Below the pieces are notes generated by a model that saw nothing but the letters and a program-made list of their open reading frames with translations, was not told the DNA's origin and ran no database searches. Below, in pieces: positions 52,281 through 63,174 of a stretch of DNA of 64,000 bases; position 1 is the first letter of the stretch; every line of letters starts with the position of its first letter. The stretch covers positions 226,364,001 to 226,428,000 of the forward strand of contig NC_086097.1 in NCBI RefSeq assembly GCF_963921235.1, written 5' to 3'. Source of the DNA: Mobula hypostoma. Lineage: Eukaryota. Position numbers and translations under genes: made by a program.

Positions 52281-53201
52281 ATGGTGATGATTGGAACCAT
52301 TACAGCATTTGATAGTGGCTTTGAAGACTGGGCAACTTACATTGAAAGAGTAAAGTTATATTGTGAGGCTAACGGTGTTAAGGATGAAAAGAAAGCCAGC
52401 GTCTTACTCAGTATTATGGGAGCAAAAACATACGGCCTGCTATGGAACTTGTTAAGCCCTGAAAAGCCAGCTGACAAAACATTCAAGCAAATAGTAGACG
52501 CTCTCCAACAGCATTTAAACCCCAAACCACTGGTCATTGCTGAAAGATATAAATTTCACAATCGGAATCAGAGCAAAAATGAAAGCATTTCTGAATATTG
52601 TACCGAATTGTGCAAATTATCAGAACATTGTCAATTTGGAGCTGGTCTATCGGACGCATTGAGGGACAGGTTAGTGTGTGGCATGCACTGTGAAACCACA
52701 CAGAAGAAGCTTCTGTGTGAAGGAGACCTTACATTTGAGAAAGCGCTAAACGTTGCAATATCAACGGAAACAGCAGTATGGGGTGCTTCTGAGATACAAC
52801 GAAAATCTCTGGAATATGCCACAAATAAAATGTCACTGAACAAGAATGAAGGAAAGAAATATTACTGTTGTGGGAACAGGTCACACGACCTGGATGACTG
52901 TTTGTTTAAAGACAAAGAATGCAGAAACTGTAGCAAACAGGGCCACACTGGCAGAGTATGCAAAGCTAGTCAACAGCAGAAAAAGGGCAAAATACAGAGA
53001 AACAAGAAACCCCAGAAGGGAAAATACAACAATGTACACAAAACGAAAGAAGGCAGTTCTGATGAAAACGACTCCAACGAAAGTGAATTGTCTTGTCAGC
53101 AACTTCACAGCGTGAAAGAGACAGATGATCGAAGAGTAATATGGATGACTCCACAAGTGGCGGGTGTGACACTGAAAATGGAGTTGGATGCTCAGCTTTA
53201 A
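52281..53201 (+). CDS. gag: Gypsy gag (open reading frame) with zinc knuckles, running into the start of protease
   Basis: EDWATYIERV...LQQHLNPKPLVIAERYKF...CQFG...LRDRLVCG; second knuckle CRNCSKQGHTGRVC is an intact CX2CX4HX4C, the first has lost its first Cys. ATG at 52281 lies within ORF 52206..53201. Confidence 0.9.
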   Translation: MVMIGTITAFDSGFEDWATYIERVKLYCEANGVKDEKKASVLLSIMGAKTYGLLWNLLSPEKPADKTFKQIVDALQQHLNPKPLVIAERYKFHNRNQSKNESISEYCTELCKLSEHCQFGAGLSDALRDRLVCGMHCETTQKKLLCEGDLTFEKALNVAISTETAVWGASEIQRKSLEYATNKMSLNKNEGKKYYCCGNRSHDLDDCLFKDKECRNCSKQGHTGRVCKASQQQKKGKIQRNKKPQKGKYNNVHKTKEGSSDENDSNESELSCQQLHSVKETDDRRVIWMTPQVAGVTLKMELDAQL

Positions 53202-53445
53202 CAGTGATCTCTGTACACGACTACAAACGTCTGTTTTCTCATGTACCTCTGAGACGAACTAAGCTACTGCTAAAATGTACACAGGACAGAAAGTGCATCC
53301 CAAAGGTAAAATTAAAGTGACGGTGACCCACGGAGACAAAACACAGCAGCTGAACCTCCATGTACCGAAAAATGGAGGACCACTATTGCTGGGACGTGAA
53401 CAGCTCAGGAAAATCCAGTTGGATTGGCAACCAACAAGGGACTAG
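53140..53445 (+). pseudogene. Frameshifted retrotransposon aspartic protease
   Basis: LKMELD/SALTVIS...YTGQKVHPKGKIKVTV...[18 protein letters not shown]; the expected DTG catalytic motif is disrupted and two frameshifts are needed to read it through. Confidence 0.85.
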
Positions 53446-53480
53446 TTGTGTCCACAAAGGAGGGCAGCTCAGCGGGGAAG

Positions 53481-55433
53481 ATGTCCACAGCTCGCATCTC
53501 ACCCATTGTTGACTATTACAACGACGAGGAGGAGCTAGACAGCGTCGACGATGAGGACAAACGCAGTACCCATGGCCGTGAATTGGATGAAGATACAGAG
53601 GATGCAAGTGAGACAGATATTGCCAATAAGCAAGATGATGAAGTCTACCTGGAAGTAAAAGAGCAGATGTACCAGGAGAAATTGACATTTTTCAAAAGAC
53701 AACTACAGCAGATACAGAAAGGCACTTTGCAAGAGTATCAGAAAAGGATGAAGAAACTAGATCAACAATACAAGAAAAGAATACAAAATGCAGAGCTTTT
53801 TCTGCAACTGAAGACAGAACAAGTGGAAAGGAATTACATTAAAGAGGAGAAAGCAGCAGTGAAGGAATTCGAAGATAAAAAGATTGAGTTGGAAGAAAAG
53901 AAAAAGATGATTGAGAATGAGAGGCTAACGATGGAACTCACAGGAGGTAAAGCCAATAATTACTAGGAAACTAATCAGGCTACGTCTACACTATGCCGGA
54001 TAATTTTGAAAACGTCGGTTTTGAGTAAAAACGACAGGTGTCCACACTAAGCGTTTTTCAAAATATCTCCGTCCACATTAGGCGGATATTTGGGCGAATC
54101 TTCTCCTACTGGGCATGCGCAGGACACACAGAAAACAAGTGAAGAGGAAACAGTACGCATTTGTCCAGTTACAGAGTAGAAAAACTTAAGAAGACTTGCT
54201 CCTGGCACTCACGCAGGAGGACTTAAAACTAAAAAAAAATTACTGGAGCGTATGGAGGCAACCGACAGGGAGTTCACAGACAGTATGACCCGGCTGACGA
54301 CGAACATTGAAGAACTGACTAACTCTGTTGCATTAATAAAGCACCTTGTTAACTGTATAAAACATGTCTGCATCAGTGTTATCTTGTATTTCCATGCAAT
54401 GTTACATTAGGCTGTTACGCATCTATTGTCAGAGAAGTACACCTTCATACACGCAAGGACAGAAAACACAGCAAAGTGAGTATACTTATTTATTCAGTAA
54501 GCTATGGGTCAAAGTATTTGGTGAGTACATTTCTAACTCTTCTGGCTTCAGTCTCGTTGCCATCTGTTCTGAAATTGTTAGGTTGTGTGGGGGTTGCGTT
54601 CAAGAAAACAACGAAATGCCGCACTGCGACCATCTGTTCCAGCACGTCATGACAGTGTTTCTAAATAGTCAAAAATGCTCACTTTACAATTTAACTCTCA
54701 CGCCGTTCACACCGACTGCACGTTATAACAGCTGCACGGCAGTGCTTGCGCAGTACCAAACGGAAGCAGAAAAAGTATTGTTGTTGTGGTGTTGTCATGA
54801 CAGCGTTTTAAAATCTCTCCGTTTACCCCGTACACACTACAATGGATATTAGGCGTTTTCAGATTTATTCACTCTGGAGACCGTTTCTGAAAATCTCAGT
54901 TTTCGGGCGATGAAAACGCCGCTTTAGTGTGGACAGAGGGTCAAAATGAAGAGAAAAGGCTTCGTTTTCAAAATTATCCGGTGTAGTGTGGATGTAGCCT
55001 AAGGAGGAGACCTAATGACCCTGTTCCAATTACAGACAAAAGACCAAAACCTGCACCTGCACAGTTAAATTACTTGTTAACATATAAACAGATAATGGAA
55101 GATCTGCAAACTCGCAATAAGCTTAAATCTCCGAAAAGACCAGCACCTCCGTCTTCTCCTGAGCATCTTGCCAGCACTCCTGCTGAATCACCAGCACAAA
55201 GATTTGAAGCACGAATAGAAGGTGGAAAGTTATATTACGATAAGAGATGGTATCATAAATGTCAGGCTATCTATTTGGAATCTAAGGAGAATACGAAGAT
55301 TGGCTGTGTAATTAGCTCAGTTGGAACAAATGAGATATGGTTAAGGAAGAAAAGTGATAGCACAAAGATGTGTATATACCTAGGACAGCTGCACAGAGGA
55401 GTCTTTATTATACAGAGGCGATCTGCTGCCTAG
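53481..55433 (+). pseudogene. SUDS3: Intronless SUDS3 (SDS3, Sin3-HDAC co-repressor subunit) retrocopy, frameshifted and split by a DNA transposon
   Basis: [52 protein letters not shown] / [10 protein letters not shown] [insert] [57 protein letters not shown]. These are collinear with vertebrate SUDS3 from start to stop. Confidence 0.95.
53978..54999. mobile_element. PIF/Harbinger-like non-autonomous DNA transposon inserted in the SUDS3 copy
   Basis: 37-bp TIRs GGCTACGTCTACACTATGCCGGATAATTTTGAAAACG (4 mismatches), TCA/TAA flanks at a TAA site; SUDS3 reads RKL|RRRPND across it. Confidence 0.85.
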
Positions 55434-55539
55434 AACTCTTAGCAAGTTGGAGGCGCACAGCTTCTTAACTCCCTATGCTCAGAGGTGAACTTTTCATGAC
55501 TTTCATATGGAAATCTGTATTAAAACAAACATGTTTATT

Positions 55540-55596
55540 GACAGACGTTACCCGGAGAGGCAGAGAAGAACCCCCCCCCAGAGACTTGAGTTATAA
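55540..55596 (+). pseudogene. Gypsy integrase C-terminal tail remnant
   Basis: DRRYPERQRRTPPQRLEL*, matching the RRYPxRxRxPPxRL ending of vertebrate Gypsy pol. Confidence 0.75.
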
Positions 55597-55779
55597 ATGG
55601 GTCTAGACCAAAAGTAAAAAAAAACTTGTTATAATTTGATATTATTATGTTACTTTGTTATGATTTGATATTATTAAGTTACTAAGTAACCAAATGGTAG
55701 GCGTTTGTATGTTAAGGGTAGACATATTTGTTTAGCATAGTGACCCAGTAAAAAAACACAGTTGATACACTGTTAAAAT

Positions 55780-55794
55780 AAAGGGGGGGGGGAG
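55780..55794 (+). promoter_or_regulatory. Polypurine tract
   Basis: AAAGGGGGGGGGGAG immediately upstream of the 3' LTR. Confidence 0.9.
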
Positions 55795-55992
55795 TATACC
55801 GTATTGCCTACAGTATAATAAGGGACTACTTTATGTTGTAGGAACACGTCACTGCATGCGCTATTAGGCACGTATTGATCTGTACATGTGTGCCGATTTC
55901 AGTTTCTGCCAGTAAAGAGCCATGAACCTTAGCTAACATCTCCAGTGATTTTATTAATAGCATTGTTGTGTAACCAGGCCACATACACAACA
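55795..55992 (+). repeat. 3' LTR
   Basis: TA(TG)...CA termini, 198 bp, followed by the GTTAT TSD. Confidence 0.95.
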
Positions 55993-56667
55993 GTTATAAT
56001 TTCAATTAAATCTCCCCTTAGCCTTCTATTCCAAAGAAAACAATTTTCACCAATACAGTGTTTCCTCATAAATACAACTTTCCATTCTGGCAAATTGTTC
56101 ATTAATGTCCTCTGCTCCTCTCCAGTACTACAATACCCAGCCTCTGGTGAGCTTGATAGCCTATGAACTGCATGATGTACTTGGGCTGTGATCGAACTAC
56201 TCTTCTATGGATGATCTAGCAGACTGCCCTGCTCTTGTTGAGAGCTTCCAGAGATGCACCAAACTCTACAGCACTGCCCACTGTAGTAAAAATTTAGCAT
56301 AATCAACCAAGACTCTGCAAGTAAGTTATTCCCCACAGTAAATAAAACTGGTGTGTGGTACAAGTTCTGAAGGAGAAGAGATAGTTCTAAGGGAGGAGGG
56401 AAAGTTCAGAAAGAGATGATTAGGGAGAGAGGGGGGAGAGAGAATGGAGGTCAAAAAATATCAACAGACATAAAGAGACATGGAAAGAGATTGAGACTGC
56501 GTGTTTTGGGAAAGAAAATCTGATCTTCAGTGCAACTGTAGCTCATGCAGAATGGATAGAAAAGAAATGGAAGACTGAGAGGGAGAGGAAGAGGTAAAGG
56601 GGAAGGGGAGAGAGGAATGAAGAGTATCTGAGAGTTCCTGAACATATTTCCCTGCCAGGTGTGTATT

Positions 56668-57660
56668 TTCAAATTTCAAAGGAAATTTATTATCAAAGTA
56701 CATATATGTAAGCATATACATCCCTGTTATCTTTGTGGGCATCCACAGTAGATCCAAGGAACACAATAGAATCACTGAAAGACTGCACCTAGCAGGGTGG
56801 ACATATGACCAATGTGCAAAAAACAATAAAATGTGCAAATGCAAAAAGAGAAAAATAAAAATAAATGAATAAATAAGCAGTAAATATCAAGAACGAGGTG
56901 AAGAGTCCTTGAATGTGAAAATAGTTCAGTGATAGTGCGAGTGAATTCAAGTGAGGTTATCCCCTATGGTTCAAGAGCCTGATAGTTGAGGAGTAATAAC
57001 TTCCTGAATCTGGTGGTGTGGGTCCTGAGGCTCCTGTACCTTCTTCCTGATGATGTGAGGAAAGAGCATGGCCTGGGTGGTTGGGATCCTTGATGATAGA
57101 ATTTCAGGATGTATATTGTATACATTTCTGTAACATTAAATGTACCTATTGAAATCTATTGAGATGCTACTTTTTCTGCAACAGTCCACCACATAGATAT
57201 GTGCAATGGTGGGGAGGGCTTTACCCATGAAGGACTGGAACATATCCATTATTTTTTGTCAGATTTTCCATTCAAGGGCATTGGTGTTTCTGTACCAGGC
57301 TGTGATGTAGCCAGTTAATATACTCTCCACCACAAATCTATAGAAGTTTGTCAAAGTTTTAACTGTCATACCAAATCTTCGCAAATTTCTAATGAAGTTG
57401 AGGCACTACCATGCTTTCTTCATAATTGCACTTCCGTGCTGGACCCAGGACAGGTCTTCTGAAATGATAACATCAAGGACTTTAAAGTTTCTGGACCTCT
57501 CCACCTCTCCTGATGTTCCAGAGTTAAGTGAAGAACCAATGAAATGGCGTCTATTGTGGACCTGCTGTGCCAGTCGGCAAATTGGAGCGGATCCAAATTT
57601 TGGCTGGAAGGCACCAGAAACTCTAGCATATGATGAAATCTATCTCTATGAAGCAGACAG
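56668..57660 (-). mobile_element. Rex1/Babar LINE fragments
   Basis: 3' UTR tail at 56670, ORF-end motifs at 57000-57500, and LDPLQFA...RSTIDAIS RT motif in ORF 57420..57629. Confidence 0.8.
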
Positions 57661-57974
57661 GTGCAGGAGAAAGTAGCTTGGGGAATGCCAAAATAATCTA
57701 AATCGGACTTGAGGAATAGGTTTGAAAAGAAGCTTAATCCTAACCGTTGATGGATGGAGATAAGTTGCTGTGAGCACTGAATGTAGAATATAACAGTGTC
57801 TCATATGTTACTCAGCTTCTGAAATTTTCATTCATTGAAGTCAATGCTTTTAGAAATATCACACACAATGCATTGGCCTTGCATGAGACATTGGATTTCT
57901 CAATGCCTCCAAGCCTATTTAAGAAAGCTAAGATTTTATTTATTTTTGGAATACTTTCTGTGAAATAATAAACT

Positions 57975-58372
57975 GGAAACCTCCAGTTGGTTAGCCTCCA
58001 ACCTGATGCATGAATATTCATTTTTCCTACTGGTAAAAAAGCTTCCCCCTCCCATCTTCCTCTATTCTCCACTCTGATTTTTCACCTCTTCTCACCTACC
58101 TATCGCTTCCCCCAGTCCCTTTCTCCTATGGTCCATTCTTCTTTCCTATCAGATTCCCTCTTGTCCAGTCCTGGGCCTTTCCCACCCACCTGGCTTCCCC
58201 TATCACCTTCCAGCTAGCCTCCTTCCCCTCCCGCCACCTTTTAATTCTGGCATCTTCCCTCTTCCTTCTCAGTCCTGAGGAAGGATCTTGCCCCAAAATG
58301 TCGACTATTTATTCATTTCCATAGATGCCGCCTGACCTGCTGAGTTCCTCCAGCATTTTGTGTGTGTTGCTC
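57975..58372 (+). mobile_element. Penelope-like 3' fragment
   Basis: AGCCTCCAACCTGATG.CATGAATAT ORF end, pyrimidine tract, AGTC-CTGAGGA...GTC-GACT degenerate hammerhead, and pLTR end. Confidence 0.75.
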
Positions 58373-61186
58373 CCAGACTTACTCCTTCCGTCCAGAAACT
58401 CCAAAGTCCTTATGATATTGACCTTCATTTGGTGCCCAATACAATCCTTCCTCCAAGAATTTAGCTGACACTATTGACTCTTTCTCCACATAGGACAAAC
58501 TACTTGCAGAGGTAATGATGTGCCCCAGTAACTTGTCACAAACTACCAGGAAAATCTCAAGTTCAGTTTATGGGCCGTTTTGGGCCTCCCTGCCTTCTAG
58601 GATACAGATTTGTCTGCCCTTCAGTATATCACATCTTTAAAAGACAATTAGGTACCAGGTAATGAAGAATGTTAATGTGTGTGAGAATGCAAGGAAGATG
58701 TGATTGAATTATCCTTCTCAGCTGGTAAGAAATGGCAGGCCAAATGAATTGTTGTCTGCTGTACTAGTCCATGATCCATGTGTTCAAAATTTAACAAAAT
58801 ATTTTTGGAGTATTTCAATAAAACGTGTCTTCTGTAAGCAAAAGACCATTAAACTGAAAGACAAGAATAAATGTCTTTCAGTTCCATCTTATGTTCATAC
58901 ATAGTCTTTAATGATATGATCATGACAAAATTAGGATAGAATTCAGTTTGAAAGAAACTTTTGCCATCTCAGAGAAACTAGAGATGAAACTGATATTTTG
59001 TCCTGCACAGATCTGATATGTGAATGACAATGGTTTCCTTTAACAAGATGATTGGGTTATTGGATCTTCAAGGTGTTGAGTGAATCAGAATACAATAATT
59101 AATGAGCTATGTATGATTAATAAATTTATCTCAAACTTTAGATGTGTTTAAAGTTACAATCATTTCTGAGCTATAATTAACAACATGAAAAAGAATCTTC
59201 ATCATGAATGAATCAAAACTGCTGAGTTAAGAGCATTCTCTCACAAATGTGTAAAATTCAACATTACAGACATGGTCGAGGTATGATGCTGTTTCCCATA
59301 AGTGAAAGAATACCTGGAACTCAGCAACTCGGATGAAAAGGCCTTCTTGTTTTGCAGTTGCACAAGTGAAATCCACAATGAAGATAATAATTTGACATAC
59401 TTGTGTTCAGAAAAAAAGCAAAGAGTTTTTTGTTTAGTTAATCGTATCTCCTGAATCTTTCTTCCCTATCAGTCATTAACTAAGCAGGACTGAAAATCTA
59501 AAGAAGTATATAAGCCAATGTAGAAGAACTTCCTGGATTGGGAAAATATAGTTGCCTTTAGCACGTTTTAAAATTAGTTCCCCAGTTATCGGCACTTGTC
59601 ATAGATCTTACTTGAAATATTGTATTGGCTGGTTATTATTGAATTTTCTTATGCTATATACAGTGTAAACCTTTTGGTTCTGACTAAAACATGAAGAAAA
59701 TGTTCTTGCAAGATAAATTATGTTATGAGAATGCTCAAGAGAGAGAAGGGAGGTAATTTCACCCTTAATCTGTAATCTACGCTTAAACTACATCGATAGG
59801 AAGTAAAACTTCAAGGCCCTACTTAAAACTACAAATATGGATGATATCAAAATCCACATTGAAGAAAATACCATTTGATTAGTAGGCATTTGGTAAAAAG
59901 TGTGTCATAGTTAAATGCTGTCTCCATGCAATCAGAATAAATTCCATTTCATTAACAAAAAATATTAAGTTTATATCAAATAGGCCTGACCAAAATAGAT
60001 TCCACCAATGTTACCAAGGAAAATAAAATAATTTTCTCAGAACAGCAAGAGAATCAATTATGTTTTATACATTGAAAATGCGTCACAGGCAATAAAACAA
60101 GATCCACCTTTATAGTCTTCTACGCATCAAGCAGATTGAAATTACATTATTGCTTCCACTTTACATTCTGCTGAATAACAAAGGAACTCTGCACTAAATG
60201 TGCTGTATCTATGGGGGCAGATTTCAATTCTTTATCATTAAAACAAGTGAACAGTTATCCCTTTTGTGCTTGTTGATCTCATTACTGGAGATACAGTGTC
60301 TCTCGACCCTGCCACTTTGGTCTGACTTGCTCCTTCGGTAACCTGGTCCAACACTGTCTGCTTTTATTGGGATCTTTCTCTTTCTATTATCTATCTGAAG
60401 GTTTAGAGTTAAGAATATGCTAATGGTTTGTGGAGGTGGAGCTAAGGCTGGTAGGATTATTGATTATGGCTGGACGTGGTTTGAAGGGAATGTGCTTAGG
60501 GTCAGGGATATGTTCTGATGTTAGGAATGTATTTAGGGTTAGAGATATATTTAGGCTAGGGGATGTATGCTAAGTTTTGTGGAGAGAGGAGTGGGCCAGG
60601 GTTTATAAGGGTGCATGGTCCAGGTTAGTGGGGGCAATGGTCCAAGGGGGCTGAAGGAGAGAGGGGTGTGGAGGTTATGGCTAAAATAGGGTTAGTGGAT
60701 GGAGGTAAAGGGCTGGAGGAGGAAGGGCTGTGAAGGTTAGGGTTAGAGTTAGGGGATGGAGCTGAAGGTCTAGTGGGAAGATGGCAGTAGAGGAGAGAGG
60801 GCTGAAGGGGGAATGGGAGTGGATGCTAGGGTTAGGGTTAGCAGTTGACAGTGAGGGGCCTGGTGGAGAGAGGGTTTCTTTGGAGAGGGGGGTTGACATA
60901 GAAGGTTTTTGCCTGGTTTGCTTTGGGAGTAGTCATTCTGGAACAGCAAATTGCCATTTATCTATCAGCAGGATTTGACGGGGTATCACTTGAGTTGGTC
61001 TGCATTGGGAGGGTTCTGTAGTGGGAGATGTAAAGGAGTATATGTGAGTTTATAGAGGACATACTTTCCCTGCCTTGTATAGTTTTTTGTGGTCTTTTTT
61101 TAAATTTGGGTACAAGGGAGTGTACCCAGTCTGGGTTAAAATAACGGGAATATGTCGCTCTATTCTCAATGCTTCAAATTTATATG

Positions 61187-61339
61187 CAGGTCGACCTTCA
61201 GTAATCCAGCTCCATTGGGACCTGAGGAGTGCCAGATTAGTGAAAATACTGAATTACAGAAGGATCATATTAAGCAAAATCAGTGCCGGATTATCAAAGG
61301 AACCGGATTACAAGTAGTCAGATTAGAGAAGGTTGACTG
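61187..61339. mobile_element. pogo/Tigger-like MITE
   Basis: Imperfect TIRs CAGGTCGACCTTCAGTAATCC / AGATTAGAGAAGGTTGACTG with repeated GGATTA subterminal motifs; flanks are TG rather than TA. Confidence 0.55.
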
Positions 61340-61727
61340 TGGTAGATTCCATCAGCATCTTTTAAGGCCAATGTTTAGGCTTAGTTTAGTCTATTTGGGG
61401 AGTTTGTTTTATAGGTCTAGTTCTTAACCTTAATTTAGACCTTATGGGTAGTAGGTTTTTTTTAGAATTAATGTTAAGCTTAGTTTTGACCATTTTGGGA
61501 ATAGTTTAGATTTAGGCTGAGTTATTAGCCAGATTAATAGTTCAGCAGGGACTAGATGGGCCAAAAAGCCTGTGTTGTAGTGTTCTATGACTCCTAAATA
61601 GCCACCACTAAAATGGATGATTGCTATATTTACATACAATGATAAAGGATTACTTTCAGATAAATTAACTACAGTACTAGAGCAAACTGAATTTATAATT
61701 TATAAGTGTTGGATGTCATGTCGATAT

Positions 61728-63000
61728 AAAGTTCAAAATTCAAATTAAATTTATTATCAAAGTACACATATGTCACTATATACAACCTCGAGAATTGTTT
61801 TCTTGTGGGATACTCAGTGAATCCAAGAAACATAATAAAATCACTGAAAGACCACATGCAACAGGACGGACAAACAAACAGTGTACAAAAGACAACAAAC
61901 TGTGCAAATACAAAATAAAAAAGAATTAATAATAAAACATAGAAAATAGAAGAGTACAGCGCAATAATAATACATAAGCGATAAATATTGAGAACATGAG
62001 AACACAAGTCTTGAAAATGAGCCCATAGTTGTGGGAAAAGTTTAGTGACAGGGCAAGTGAAGTTGAGTACCGTTATCCCCACTGGTTCAAGAGCCTGATG
62101 GTTGAGGGATAATAATTATTTCTCACCCTAGTGGTGTGGGTCCTGAGGCTCCTCAATCTTCTTCCTGATGGCAGCAATGAGAAGAGATCCTGGCCTTAGT
62201 GGTGGGTTCCTTAACGATGGTTGCTGCTTTCCTGTGACAGTGTTCCATGTAGATGTGCCAATAGTGGTGAGGGCTTTACCGTGATGGACTGAGGCATCTC
62301 CACTATTTTGGGTAGGATTTTCCATTCCAGGGGATTGCTATTTCCATGCCAGGCTATGATGCAACCACTCAGTATACTCTCCACCATATATCTTTGGAAG
62401 TTTGTCAAAGTTTTAGATGTCATGCTGAACTTTCACAAACTTCTAAGGAGTTAGAAGTTCTGCCGTGTTTTCTTCATAATTGCATTTACATGCTGGGCCC
62501 AGGACAGATGGTCTGAAGTGATAACATCAAGGAATTTTAAATTGCTGACCTTCTCCATCTCTGATCTCCCTAAGAGGGCCAGCTCATGGACCTCCGGTTT
62601 CCTCCTGCTGAAGTCAACAATCAGCTCTTTGGTCTTGCTGATACTGAGTAAGAAGTTTATGTTATAGCAGCACTAAGCCAGTTGTTCATTCTCCCTTCTA
62701 CATGCTGATTTATCACCAGCTTTGATTCAGCCAACAACAGTGATGTCATCAGCAAACTTCAAAATGGCATTGAGATTGTGCTTAGCCACACAATCATAAG
62801 CGTAAAGCAAGTAGAGCCGGGGGCTAAACACAGAGCCTTGTGGTGCATCCGTGCAAATGGAAATTGTGGAGGAGATATTGTTGCCAATCTGATCTGAATG
62901 GGGTCTGCAAGTGAGGAATTCAAGTATGCAACTGCACAAGGAGGTATTGAGGCCAAGGTCTTGAAGCTTATTGATTAGTTTTGAGGAGATGATGGTATGA
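61728..63000 (-). mobile_element. Rex1/Babar LINE, RT C-half to 3' end
   Basis: APQGSVFSPRLYLLYAYDC...KFADDITVVG and ESILSGCIIAWHGN; 3' UTR tail at 61730. Confidence 0.9.
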
Positions 63001-63174
63001 AATGTGAAAGTAAAGGCAGGAGCATGGTAAAAAGCTAAAATATAATTAACAAAATATTTTAATAGTACAAGAATTATATTTTCAAATAGTTTTAGTGACT
63101 TAGAGAATTTACTAAGCAGTAATTCTGGAGCTGCTCTGAAGCAAGCTACCCTAGCTAGCTGTACCCTATCTGAA

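Larger units (their letters stand above)
51698..55992 (+). mobile_element. Non-autonomous Gypsy/Ty3-type LTR retrotransposon carrying a captured SUDS3 mRNA copy
   Basis: Two 198-bp LTRs, perfect GTTAT TSD (51693-51697 and 55993-55997), PBS, PPT, gag, protease remnant and integrase tail remnant. Confidence 0.95.

Noticed and set aside
52206..53966. Gag-Pro-SUDS3 fusion protein
   Set aside because: gag stops at 53201, the protease frame stops at 53445, and SUDS3 is out of frame with the reconstructed protease.
54364..54852. 162-aa ORF inside the Harbinger-like insert
   Set aside because: No transposase or other recognisable motif; likely a chance ORF.
53424..55433. Calling the two SUDS3 ORFs a normal two-exon host gene
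   Set aside because: The intervening sequence has transposon TIRs, no other introns are present, there is a frameshift and an internal deletion, and the whole lies between LTRs.
53481..55433. APOBEC-like G-to-A hypermutation suggested by several E-to-K and R-to-Q differences
   Set aside because: The parental nucleotide sequence is unavailable, and CpG decay or neutral drift explains the pattern adequately.
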